A DNA stretch of 42,787 nt from Candidatus Moraniibacteriota bacterium (GTDB lineage: Bacteria; Patescibacteriota; Minisyncoccia; Moranbacterales; UBA2206). The stretch's first letter is position 1, and every line of letters starts with the position of its first letter. The translations under genes were made by a program, and so were the position numbers. Below the pieces are notes generated by a model. It worked only from the letters and a program-made list of their open reading frames with translations. It made no database searches and was not told the DNA's origin. Positions 16,787-26,700 of the stretch are shown here, in pieces. Where the stretch lies: contig DPJH01000006.1 of assembly GCA_003543115.1 (NCBI GenBank), positions 1 through 42,787 of the forward strand, written 5' to 3'.

Positions 16787-19393
16787 CTATTTTGCCACTT
16801 TGCTATTTTCCTGATATTCAAGCAATGTTTCAATCAGAATTCGCTCGATTTCTTTGGGATTGCTCCTATCAGTAGAAGCGATCAGTCTTTTCTTATCCCT
16901 AAAAATTTCATCTATTTTCTTGTATTTTTTATTGGTTGCTAGCTGGGAGGCGATGTTTTTTATCATATCCCCTGAGCTTCTCACGCCCACTTTCTTGGCA
17001 ATTCTTCTTATTTCCCCCTCAGTCAAAGTTTTTTCATACATCAATTTCAATATCTCTTTGGCGCCTGCATCAATGGCTATTATTTTTTTAAGTTTTTCTT
17101 TTCCCTCAAAATCATCCTTGCCGGACAGCTTAGAAAATATTTCCTCCAAAGTCACTGTCAGTTTCACTTTAGGCTCTCCTTCTTTATCTCTCGGTTTCAT
17201 CCACATATGGCCGCGCATATTGAAGCCTTGAGATAATCCTCCCGGCAAAAATTCTTCATCCATCTTGCGTTTCGTGAATAAGACAAAACTGTCTTGCTCT
17301 GGCGACCAAACTAAATATCCGCCATAGCCTCTCCGAAAAACTGCCAATTGTTCCGAATGATTTGCTCCATCTATTCTATTGAAATATTTATCCTTACCCG
17401 CATTTTTTCTGGTATCAATGAATATCTTTCCGAAACGATCTTCGCCTGTATCCACCACAAAATCATTCTTCCTTATATTTTCTGGCGTCCTTTCCTGGTC
17501 ATTTTTGACTTTCTCCAATCTATCCAATTCCATTTCCCCTTTTTTCATTTTATTTTCCATTTGATTTGATAAATCAAAAAGGGATTCCTCGCTTTTACTA
17601 GCCAGATTATAATATTGATGGCTTTTTAAATAATCCTCAGGAAGGTCTGCCATCGGATCTGCGCCGTTTTTGAAAAGCTCCAAGACATCGTCTGGTTTCA
17701 TACGATAGGCCAAGCCGTATAAATTTTTGGAATAGTTTTGATAGACCCGCTCCATTTCTTCCGGAGAGAAACGCATATTATCGCATACGGTTGTGAATTC
17801 AATGAACTTATCCAGATATTCCTCTCTTTGCATAAGTCCCATTTCCACAAGCATTTCATAGACAAATCTGGATGCAGAAGTGGTGCGATCAGACTTTTTG
17901 CCATGATGATCAATCACAATGAGTTTTCCCCCCTCTTCCGCCACCACTCCATGCTCGTCCCCAAAATCCATAGCCAGTCCGCTTTTAATCATTTCTCTCA
18001 TTTTTTTCTGCGGAGCAGTTTTGTATTGGCTAGTATCAATCCCAGCCAATTCCAAGAGACCCAAACAAGTCCTGGCATCCTGATCCGGATTTTCATGCAC
18101 TGCCAATTCTGTCCACAATTTTCGCGTCAACTCTAAGAATTTTCTATCCCCCTCTTCCACACTATCCGCATTCAAATCTTCCAGCATCAAATCCGGCGAT
18201 TCTATTAATTTATAGATAGTGTGCCAAGCGGCGGCGCGCGCCGGTCCATCCACACTTTCACCAGATACAGTCTTTTCATTTTCTTTTTGTTTTTTTAGCT
18301 CCACCAGAGCCGTTAAAAAATTTTTCCATTTCTCTTTTTTCTCGTTTTCCCTATCATCCTGCATTACCATTTCTTCATTCTCAATCGTCTCTGTGAGCTC
18401 CGATGTCTCCCCTCTCTCTGCTTGACTGAGTTTAATTTCCTCCACTTCCAAAACTTTCAGATCTTCCTCTTTGCGGATTTCTCTTGTATGTGAAATTACA
18501 TCTTCACTTATATTAGAATTTATCCCTCTATTCCGCGCCTCCATCCTCATATCCACCAATCTATTTTCTTTCACTCGAATATATTCTTCCCGCTTGTTCC
18601 GATAGGGGCTGGATTTTTCATTAGCTTCGGCAATTTTTCTATCAATTTCAGATTTTCTTTGAGCAAAATCATCTTTCTCTTCTTGAATCATCGCGTATTC
18701 TTTTTTTATCAAATCATCCAAGGCTCTGACTGCTTCATTTTTCCTAATTTCACTATTGGACATGCCGCTTTCTTCAAAAGCTCTTTCTATTTGTATTTTT
18801 TTACTTTCTAGATCATGGATTCTCCCCAATAAGGCTTCTTGGTGTTTCAGTTCTGCTGCCAGAGCTTTGTCGTTTATTCTATTTTTTTGTGATTGAAGAA
18901 CGGCCAGCTCCGCTTCCATGGGCCTAAGTCTTTCGCTATAGTGGCCTATAAACTTATTGACGATCCTATCCCGGCTATTCAAATAAAGTTTTCTTTTGTT
19001 ATCTCGAGCTTCAAATTTAGATTGGATCTTATCTTTTTTGTTTAATAAATTTCTTATCTGTTGATCTTTTTCTTTCAATCCCAGCCTGAACGACTCTATG
19101 CCAGACATATTTTCTCTTTGAAAAAATTCAATATTTTTCGCTATTTCTGTTTTTGCCCGTTCCAATGCAGCTATTTCCAAATCAAGCTTGTCTAAATCCT
19201 TTTTTAGTCCGAGGGCTTTTTTTTCATGCCTATTCATCCAAAACTTATTATAAACCAGCCTCAGGCTCCCCATCATCCTTTCAGCTAGGGGCATTTCACG
19301 CATCCCTTCATAGAGGCGACGGGGATCCATTTTTTCAGTTATCGGCGAGGCGAAGCTCTCAGAAGCGGCAAAAGACTTATTTAATAGCGCCAT
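16787..19393 (-). CDS. Coiled-coil protein fused to a DHH-phosphoesterase-like domain
   Basis: 868 aa; HENPDQDA, AMDFG, VIDHH, TSAS resemble DHH-family motifs; N-terminal ~290 aa are paralogous to part of 14787..16697. Confidence 0.75.
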   Translation of the reverse strand: MALLNKSFAASESFASPITEKMDPRRLYEGMREMPLAERMMGSLRLVYNKFWMNRHEKKALGLKKDLDKLDLEIAALERAKTEIAKNIEFFQRENMSGIESFRLGLKEKDQQIRNLLNKKDKIQSKFEARDNKRKLYLNSRDRIVNKFIGHYSERLRPMEAELAVLQSQKNRINDKALAAELKHQEALLGRIHDLESKKIQIERAFEESGMSNSEIRKNEAVRALDDLIKKEYAMIQEEKDDFAQRKSEIDRKIAEANEKSSPYRNKREEYIRVKENRLVDMRMEARNRGINSNISEDVISHTREIRKEEDLKVLEVEEIKLSQAERGETSELTETIENEEMVMQDDRENEKKEKWKNFLTALVELKKQKENEKTVSGESVDGPARAAAWHTIYKLIESPDLMLEDLNADSVEEGDRKFLELTRKLWTELAVHENPDQDARTCLGLLELAGIDTSQYKTAPQKKMREMIKSGLAMDFGDEHGVVAEEGGKLIVIDHHGKKSDRTTSASRFVYEMLVEMGLMQREEYLDKFIEFTTVCDNMRFSPEEMERVYQNYSKNLYGLAYRMKPDDVLELFKNGADPMADLPEDYLKSHQYYNLASKSEESLFDLSNQMENKMKKGEMELDRLEKVKNDQERTPENIRKNDFVVDTGEDRFGKIFIDTRKNAGKDKYFNRIDGANHSEQLAVFRRGYGGYLVWSPEQDSFVLFTKRKMDEEFLPGGLSQGFNMRGHMWMKPRDKEGEPKVKLTVTLEEIFSKLSGKDDFEGKEKLKKIIAIDAGAKEILKLMYEKTLTEGEIRRIAKKVGVRSSGDMIKNIASQLATNKKYKKIDEIFRDKKRLIASTDRSNPKEIERILIETLLEYQENSKVAK

Positions 19394-19540
19394 ATTATTT
19401 CAGACAAAGGTTAATTTTCTTCATTCTGATTATATCACGAAAAAATGGAAAACACATAAAAATAAAGTGTTTCCTTATTATTCAAAAAACAAAAAAGAAT
19501 CTTTTTCAGACTCTTTTTATATTCATGTTTCTAAAAAATT

Positions 19541-20230
19541 CTACCATTCCTTTGCTTCAAGTCCAGCCGCTGCCGCATTCCTCTGTGCTTCTTGTTTGGA
19601 AAATCCTTCTCCTTTCGATACTAACTCATGTCCCAGATATAGTCCTACCACGAATTTTCTGGCATGGTCCGGGCCGCTTTCTTCGATGACCTTATATGAA
19701 GGTGTGATTCCGACCTTGTCCTGCGCCTCTTCTTGAAAACGACTCTTGGGATCCATATAACTCTTATTCTCTATAATCTCCGGAAGTTCCACTATGACAT
19801 TTTTCATGATAAAATCCTTAGCCGCCTTGTAGCCACTCTCTTTTTGGTCCAAATATATCGCTCCTGTTATAGCTTCGAAAGCATTGGCTAACAAATATTG
19901 TCGAGCCTTGCCTGTGTCTTTGGTTTCGCCCCGGCTCATCATTAAAAACTCTTCTACGCCAAGTTTCCCGGAAATTTTAGCCAACATTTCGCCATTGACA
20001 AGAGCTGCCCGCCAATTGGTAAGTTCCCCTTCAGGATTGGGATAATTCTCATACAAAAATTCTGTCACCACCAATTCCAAGACTGCATCGCCCAAAAATT
20101 CCAGTCTCTCATTGTGATCCAGCTTATAATCCCTATGCTCGTTCAAATATGACCTGTGAGTGACAGCTTGCTGCAAGATATCGATATTATTAAATTTTAT
20201 TCCGATTTTCTCGGCTAGTTTTTCTACCAC
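19541..20230 (-). CDS. rnc: Ribonuclease III
   Basis: AVTHRSY, NERLEFLGDAVL, ANAFEAITGAIYLD, dsRBD DPKSRFQE...SKQEAQRNAA; GTG start. Confidence 0.98.
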   Translation of the reverse strand: MVEKLAEKIGIKFNNIDILQQAVTHRSYLNEHRDYKLDHNERLEFLGDAVLELVVTEFLYENYPNPEGELTNWRAALVNGEMLAKISGKLGVEEFLMMSRGETKDTGKARQYLLANAFEAITGAIYLDQKESGYKAAKDFIMKNVIVELPEIIENKSYMDPKSRFQEEAQDKVGITPSYKVIEESGPDHARKFVVGLYLGHELVSKGEGFSKQEAQRNAAAAGLEAKEW

Positions 20231-20239
20231 AAGATTTGG

Positions 20240-20355
20240 AAATTACAAATAAAAAATTCCAAATTCCAAATAAATTTCAATTTCCAAAATTCAAAAATTT
20301 AACATATTTTGGATTCTGTATTTATTTGTCATTTGTGATTTTAAATTTGGAATTT
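20240..20355. repeat. Imperfect inverted array of AAATTCC-like heptamers
   Basis: Left arm aaattac aaataaa aaattcc aaattcc aaat aaatttc aatttcc aaaattc; right arm complementary in style (...ttaaatt tggaatt t). Confidence 0.65.
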
Positions 20356-20381
20356 AAAAAAGATTTATTAAGCTAAGCAAG

Positions 20382-20879
20382 TTATGCTTCTGTTTTCTCG
20401 TCATTCTTTTCATTCTCTTCCGGCTTATTATGTTTCTTAGACTGATCATCTTTCATCGGCTCTCCAAGCTCCCGATAGATTGTTCCCAAAACACCATTTA
20501 CAAATCTTCCTGAAGATTCGCCGCCAAAAGACTTGGCTAATTCTATAGCTTCGTTTATTGCTACCTTTGGAGGAACATCTTCATAATTTCCAAAAATAAG
20601 CTCATAAATGCCCAGCCGCAAAATATTTCTATCCACTACCGTCACCTGATCAAGCGGCCATTCAGGAGCGCATTTTTCAATCAGCGGATCGATTTTTTCC
20701 CGATTGGCAATAACCTGGCTAGCCAAATGATATACAAAAGCGTCATCCTCTATTCCAGGTGCAAATTCTTTTATATTTTTTCTCACAATCTCTTCTAAAT
20801 TTTCATCTTTCTTGCCCTTAAAGTCCCATTCATAAAGAGACTGCATCGCTACTGATCTGGCTAAATGTCTATTTGCCAT
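20382..20879 (-). CDS. nusB: Transcription antitermination factor NusB
   Basis: [53 protein letters not shown]. Confidence 0.97.
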   Translation of the reverse strand: MANRHLARSVAMQSLYEWDFKGKKDENLEEIVRKNIKEFAPGIEDDAFVYHLASQVIANREKIDPLIEKCAPEWPLDQVTVVDRNILRLGIYELIFGNYEDVPPKVAINEAIELAKSFGGESSGRFVNGVLGTIYRELGEPMKDDQSKKHNKPEENEKNDEKTEA

Positions 20880-20984
20880 ATACTAATTTTTTTATTCAAA
20901 TTATATTACGAATTATTTTGTCCGAATGCTTTTTGATTGTATTCATATCTGAAATCCGGATTTAATCGGTATTACAATTTGTAT

Positions 20985-21191
20985 CTATTTTTTAGCGGTT
21001 TTTTTATTGATTTTCTTCATTGTATCTACAACCTCTTTGCCCTTGTAAAATCCGCATTTAGGACAAGCTATATGCGCTTTGATTTTAGCTCCGCATTTTG
21101 TGCAAACAACAAGATTTTTTGGAGAAAGTTTCAGTTCAGCTCTCGCCCTGTCCCGTCTACCTTTGGTGTGTCTCTGCTTTTGTGTTGACAT
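20985..21191 (-). CDS. rpmF: 50S ribosomal protein L32
   Basis: QKQRHTKGRRDRAR, CTKCG...HIACPKCGFYKG. Confidence 0.96.
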   Translation of the reverse strand: MSTQKQRHTKGRRDRARAELKLSPKNLVVCTKCGAKIKAHIACPKCGFYKGKEVVDTMKKINKKTAKK

Positions 21192-21248
21192 AAATTTGCT
21201 ATTATATTCTAATTAGGTTTTTATTAACTACTCATTAATTTATCATTA

Positions 21249-21947
21249 TTATCTCTTTTTGGCAAGAGTAGGCATAGGTTCAAAGCTCTGTCTGTGTATT
21301 TCACATGGGCCTGATTGGGTCAAGGCTTCCATGTGAAATTTCGTTCCATAACCTTTGTGCTTATCAAATCCATATTGAGGATATTTTTCATGCATCTGCA
21401 GCATTATTCTATCCCGAGTTACTTTAGCTATGATAGAAGCCGCTGAAATAGATTTGGAAATTCTGTCACCTCCGATAATAGCTTTCTGATATAAAGACAG
21501 GTTCGGAATTTTCTTGTTTCCATCGACTAGTATTATGTATTTAGTATCTTGTATTCTGAATGCTTTTTTTCCTTTTTCCGATAAGTCTTGATTAATTTTC
21601 AAATATAAATCAGAAAGAGATTTTTTCATCGCCAAAAAACTTGCCTCCAAAACATTGATTTCGTCTATGGTTCTGTTATCGCACGAACCTATGCCGACAT
21701 AAAAATTTTCCAAAATAAATTCATAAGCTCTGTCTCTTTGTTTGGGAGAAAGTTTTTTTGAATCCCTCACCAATTCCCAGTTCTTATCAACAGAAATTTC
21801 CCAATCCTTATTCTTAGCTATGGCTGCGGCAGCCACAACCGGACCTGCCAAAGGACCTCGTCCCGCTTCATCCGTTCCGATGATAAATTCATAGCCTTCC
21901 TGTGAAAGCTTTTTTTCCAAATCAAACGTTGCAATAATTTTTACCAT
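21249..21947 (-). CDS. rnhB: Ribonuclease HII
   Basis: GTDEAGRGPLAGPVV, RDSKKL, LVDGN, ISAASIIAKVTRD, HKGYGT, HRQSF. Confidence 0.97.
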   Translation of the reverse strand: MVKIIATFDLEKKLSQEGYEFIIGTDEAGRGPLAGPVVAAAAIAKNKDWEISVDKNWELVRDSKKLSPKQRDRAYEFILENFYVGIGSCDNRTIDEINVLEASFLAMKKSLSDLYLKINQDLSEKGKKAFRIQDTKYIILVDGNKKIPNLSLYQKAIIGGDRISKSISAASIIAKVTRDRIMLQMHEKYPQYGFDKHKGYGTKFHMEALTQSGPCEIHRQSFEPMPTLAKKR

Positions 21948-21977
21948 AATATAAGATTATGAATTTATTTAAAAAAT

Positions 21978-22703
21978 TTAATAAAAATTAGGCATCATGC
22001 TTGTGCTTGGGCGCCCTGCTTTCTTCCAAGCCGTAAAAGTGTTGAATTTCAGGCAGTCTATGGTTAAGATTTTTTCATATGCCGTACTGTTATTCTTAAA
22101 ACAACGGGAATAATATACCATAAACTCCGGTTTTTTCGACCATGCTACAGCTGATGCCATTTCAAACAAATCAGAAACAACCCTATCGACATTATCATCA
22201 TAATCAGAAAATACGCCGACTTCGAAAATCATACGTACATTCCCCCTGCCGTCATTCACAAGGATATCCGCTTCAATATAGCGCTTACTTTCCTCACCTC
22301 CCACCTTCACATATCGCCCAAATTCTATAAGATGTAACGGGTATTTATATTTCTCGATAAGAGCAATATACAATTGCGCCTTTACTAATCCTTCTTCCTT
22401 AAATCTCGAATTTTGGTCTTGGTCTGACAGATATACTATTCTTGATTCGTCGCGAATAATAAAAACCTTTGGCAAAATCTCATTTCTTTGAGCTGCATAT
22501 GTATCATGATTTTTATCAGCCACTAGAAAGCCTTTTCCTTTGCTAGCAATCAAAGCTTCAAATTCTTCCACTGAAACTATCACCATTTTGGGCTTGCCTC
22601 TTTCGGTTAGCGTATAATGCGTGTTAGGCTTTTGAACTTCTTCAGCTATGCTAAAGATTTTTTTTCTGGCTTCGGTAATGGGAATAATATTTTTATTTTT
22701 CAT
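21978..22703 (-). CDS. Phd/YefM-like antitoxin domain fused to a type I restriction HsdR N-terminal-like domain
   Basis: N-terminal IPITEARKKIFSIAEEV...TLTERGKPKMVIVSVEEFE; C-terminal EEGLVKAQLYIALIEKYKYP...EADILVND...MIFEV. Confidence 0.7.
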   Translation of the reverse strand: MKNKNIIPITEARKKIFSIAEEVQKPNTHYTLTERGKPKMVIVSVEEFEALIASKGKGFLVADKNHDTYAAQRNEILPKVFIIRDESRIVYLSDQDQNSRFKEEGLVKAQLYIALIEKYKYPLHLIEFGRYVKVGGEESKRYIEADILVNDGRGNVRMIFEVGVFSDYDDNVDRVVSDLFEMASAVAWSKKPEFMVYYSRCFKNNSTAYEKILTIDCLKFNTFTAWKKAGRPSTSMMPNFY

Positions 22704-22720
22704 CTTGCTTTTGTTTAATG

Positions 22721-22760
22721 ATTATATGTACATTATAGCGTACATATAATTTTAGAGCAA
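22721..22760 (-). promoter_or_regulatory. Promoter overlapped by a palindromic operator
   Basis: 11-bp inverted repeat ATTATATGTAC/GTACATATAAT around a minus-strand TATAAT (22737-22732); TTGCTC lies 17 nt upstream. Confidence 0.7.
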
Positions 22761-23414
22761 GCCTTCGCATTTCAAGCTTAAAAAGGAATTTTCCGCCACA
22801 ATAACATGATCCACTATTTCAATCCCCAAAATTTTTCCAGCCTCCATGAGTCTTTTTGTCACTTCAATATCGTCATCCGAAGGCTTCGCATCTCCCGAGG
22901 GATGGTTATGGGCAATGAGAATTTGAGCTGCAGTGTGGCAGATAGCCGGCTCAAAAACTTCGCGCGGATGGACCAGGCTGGCATTCAAAGTTCCTATCGA
23001 AATGATCTCTCGTTTGATTTTTTGATTGCGCACGTCCAAATAGAAAACGATGAAATGCTCTTTTTTGTTGTCGCGAATATCTTTAAGATTTTCCCAAACA
23101 TCGCGCGGAGACAAGATAAGCTCCACTTTTTTATCCTTTAAAAGGCGTCTGCCCAACTCCATACAAGCGATTATTTCCCCGGCTTTGACCGAACCCAATC
23201 CAAAAGTTTTTTTCAATTCTGGAAAACCGGCTTCAATCAATCTGTCTTGAGGAAATTTTCTCAGAATCTTTTTGGACAATTCAACCGCATTCAGACCTTT
23301 GGCTCCCGTGCGCAAAAGAATAGCCAGAAGCTCGGCGTCAGACAACCTGTTGGGACCATATTTTTCCAATTTTTCCCTCGGCCGGTCAATTTTATGCAAG
23401 TCTTTTATTTTCAT
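22752..23414 (-). CDS. radC: RadC-family JAB-domain protein
   Basis: DRPREKL, LSDAELLAILLRTG, EHF, IGTLNASLVHPREVF, AHNHPSGDAKPSDDD, IVDHVIV. Confidence 0.96.
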   Translation of the reverse strand: MKIKDLHKIDRPREKLEKYGPNRLSDAELLAILLRTGAKGLNAVELSKKILRKFPQDRLIEAGFPELKKTFGLGSVKAGEIIACMELGRRLLKDKKVELILSPRDVWENLKDIRDNKKEHFIVFYLDVRNQKIKREIISIGTLNASLVHPREVFEPAICHTAAQILIAHNHPSGDAKPSDDDIEVTKRLMEAGKILGIEIVDHVIVAENSFLSLKCEGLL

Positions 23415-23484
23415 ATTTTCATCCTACTGCAAAATCAACAATAATTCAAATTTTTAGAAAAAATAACCGTTGCAATTTGCTAAA

Positions 23485-23513
23485 TTGCCACTCATTATAA
23501 CATATGATATACT
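23485..23513 (+). promoter_or_regulatory. Putative sigma70 promoter upstream of dnaE
   Basis: TTGCCA-17 nt-TATACT with an extended TG. Confidence 0.5.
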
Positions 23514-23622
23514 TTGATAAGAATAAATTATCTACCTTGCAAAACCCATCGAGCAATCAGGGCTATGGAGGAAGAAGAAATTATATGACACCTTATTCAC
23601 TTAAAAATAGATTTTGTGCAAC

Positions 23623-23655
23623 AAAAAACCTTGCTTTTCATAGTTAGGGTTTTTT
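23623..23655 (+). terminator. Terminator-like hairpin in the dnaE upstream region
   Basis: AAAAAACCTTG...TAGGGTTTTTT. Confidence 0.5.
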
Positions 23656-23747
23656 AATTTCAAATAAAATAATAATTTTAAAATCTAAATTTTTAAGTTT
23701 TTGGAATTTGAATTTCATTTGACATTTGGATTTTGATATTTTGATTT
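23656..23747. repeat. Second inverted array of AAATTCC/TTTGGAA-like heptamers
   Basis: aatttc aaat...aaatcta aa then ttttgg aatttg aatttc atttgac atttgg attttg; same style as 20240-20355. Confidence 0.55.
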
Positions 23748-23781
23748 CAAAAAATCAATTAAACCATTAAAATTTTAGGAT

Positions 23782-26700
23782 ATGCCAAAATTCACCCACC
23801 TCCATGTTCATACTCATTATTCTCTTCTTGATGGCCTAGCAAAAGTCGATGCTATTCTTGACCATGCCAAAGAATTAGGCATGGATTCGCTGGCTATCAC
23901 TGACCACGGCGTTCTTTATGGAGCCATTGAATTCTATATCAAAGCCAAGGAGCGCGGCATAAAACCACTCATCGGTTGCGAAATGTATGTCACAGCCAAT
24001 GATTTGCACAGCAAAAACCCGACAGCCGAAGACCGCAAAAGATATCACCTGATACTTCTAGCTAAAAATGAAAAGGGTTATAAGAATCTGATGAAACTCA
24101 TTTCTATCGCCCATTTGGAAGGCTTTTATTATAAACCCCGCATTGATCGCAAAATTTTGCATGAACATGCCGAAGGGCTAATTGCGCTCAGCGCTTGCGC
24201 CGAAGGAGAAGTTCCGGCGCATATAATTATGGGGGATCTGCAAAAAGCAGAAGAGTTGGCGCTGGAATATAAAAGCATGTTCGCCCCGGGAGATTTCTAT
24301 TTTGAAATCCAGCATCATCCTACATTCGCCAATCAAGCTATTGCTAACAAAGGACTGATCGAACTAGCTAAAAAAATAGGCGTAAAAGTCGTTGCCACCA
24401 ATGATATCCATTATGTAAAAAAAGAAGATAATGTTATCCAGGATATTCTTTTATGCATCCAAACTAATCGCAAGGTAGATGAGAAAGACAGGATGAATCT
24501 GATGGATTTCGAACTATATTTGAAAAGCCCGGAAGAAATGGCAGATCATTTTTCCTATTTTCCTGAAGCTCTAGCCAACACTCAAGAAGTCGTAGATAAG
24601 TGCGATTTGGAAATAAAATTAGGAGAAACCCAGCTTCCTCATTTTGATGTTCCTGAAGGCTATACCGCTCAGACATATCTTGAAAAGTTATGCGAAGATG
24701 GGCTGGTAAAGAGATTCGGTTCGGACATCACCAGCGAGCATCGCCAAAGAATGGATTATGAAATGGGTATTATTGAAAAAACCGGCTACGCCTCATACTT
24801 CTTGATTGTGCAGGATTTTGTCAATTGGGCTAAGGATCAAGGAATTGTCGTAGGTCCTGGCAGAGGAAGCGCCGCCGGAAGCTTTGTTTCCTATCTTACT
24901 GGAATCACTAATATTGATCCCATAAAATATGATTTGCTTTTTGAAAGGTTTTTAAACCCTGAAAGAGTGTCCATGCCCGACGTTGATATGGACTTTGCCG
25001 ATGATAGGCGTGATGATGTTTTGCAATATGTGCGTAAAAAATATGGCAACGATCATGTAGCCCAGATTATCACATTTGGAACCATGGCCGCTCGCGCGGC
25101 TGTACGCGATGCCGGAAGAGCCTTAGGCATTCCCTATGATTTTTGCGATAAAACCGCCAAACTCATTCCTCAATTTTCCACTATCGAAGAAGCGCTGGAA
25201 GAATCCAAAGAATTCAAAGATTTCTATGGCATGGATCCCAGCGCTAAAAAGCTTATTGACAGCGCCAAACGATTGGAAGGCGTCGTGCGCCATGCCTCTA
25301 TGCATGCTTGCGGAGTAGTGATTACCAAAGACCCGGTCACTGAATATACACCCCTCCAAAACATCACCAAGGGCGGAGAAAACGGAGGGACAGTAACACA
25401 ATATTCTTCTTCCACCAAATCCAGTTTTGTAGAAAAAATAGGCCTTCTCAAAATGGACTTTTTGGGACTGAAAAATCTTACTATCATCCAAAACACTTTG
25501 CGTATTGTGAAAAAACTGGAAGGCCTTGAAGTGGATATCGATACTATTCCGCTTGATGATGAAAAAACTTATGAACTCTTGCAAAAAGCCGAAACAACCG
25601 GCGTATTCCAACTGGAAAGCTCCGGAATGAAAAGGTATCTGAAGCTTTTAAAACCCACAGTGCTTGAAGATATTATTGCCATGGTAGCTCTCTATCGCCC
25701 GGGACCGATGGATTGGATTCCGGATTTCATCGCTCGAAAACATGGAGAGAAAAAAATGTCATATCTTCATCCGAAACTAGAACCGATCCTCAACAAGACC
25801 TATGGCGTCGCTGTTTATCAGGAACAAGTCATGCAAATCGCCAGAGACCTTGCGGGATTTTCGCTCGGAGAAGCGGACGTTTTACGAAAGGCTATGGGTA
25901 AGAAAATTTTTGCTCTCATCCAAGAACAGAAAATAAAATTTATTGAAGGCTGTGTCACACAAGGAGTAGACAGAAAAATCGGAGAAAAAGTTTTTGAATA
26001 TATCGAACCTTTTGCCGGTTATGGCTTCAATCGCAGCCACGCCGCCTGTTATGCGCTTATCGGCTATCAAACCGCCTATTTAAAAGCTCATTTTCCAGCC
26101 GCTTTCATGGCAGCCTTGCTCACTTCCGATCAGGACAATATTGACCGAATCGCTATTGAAGTTTCCGAGTGCCGCGATATGGAAATTGAGGTTCTGCCGC
26201 CCCATGTCAATGAAAGCTTCGAAGAATTTGCGGTCATCATTGACAAAGAAACCAAAAAATCCCGCATTCGTTTCGGATTGAATGCCATCAAAAATGTCGG
26301 GCACAATGTCGCTCATGAGATTGTAGAAGAAAGAAAGAAAAATAATATTTTCAAAAATATTACGGATTTAGTCGAAAGGGTGCAAACCAAGGACCTCAAC
26401 AAAAAATCCATTGAAGCACTGGCTAAAGTTGGCGCATTAGAAGGATTGGGCGAAAGAAACCAAATTGTTGCTTCAATAGAGAATATTATTTCGCACTCTA
26501 AAACATTTCAAAAAAATCAAAATTCCCAACAATTCAGTCTTTTTGGAGCTTCGGAAATTGCCCTGCCGGAAATATCCCTTATTGATTGCGAACCAGCTAC
26601 GAAAAAACAGCGTCTCGGTTGGGAAAAAGAATTGATGGGGCTATACATCAGCGACCATCCAGCCCGTGAATATCAGGAATATTTTTCCCATATGGGAGTA

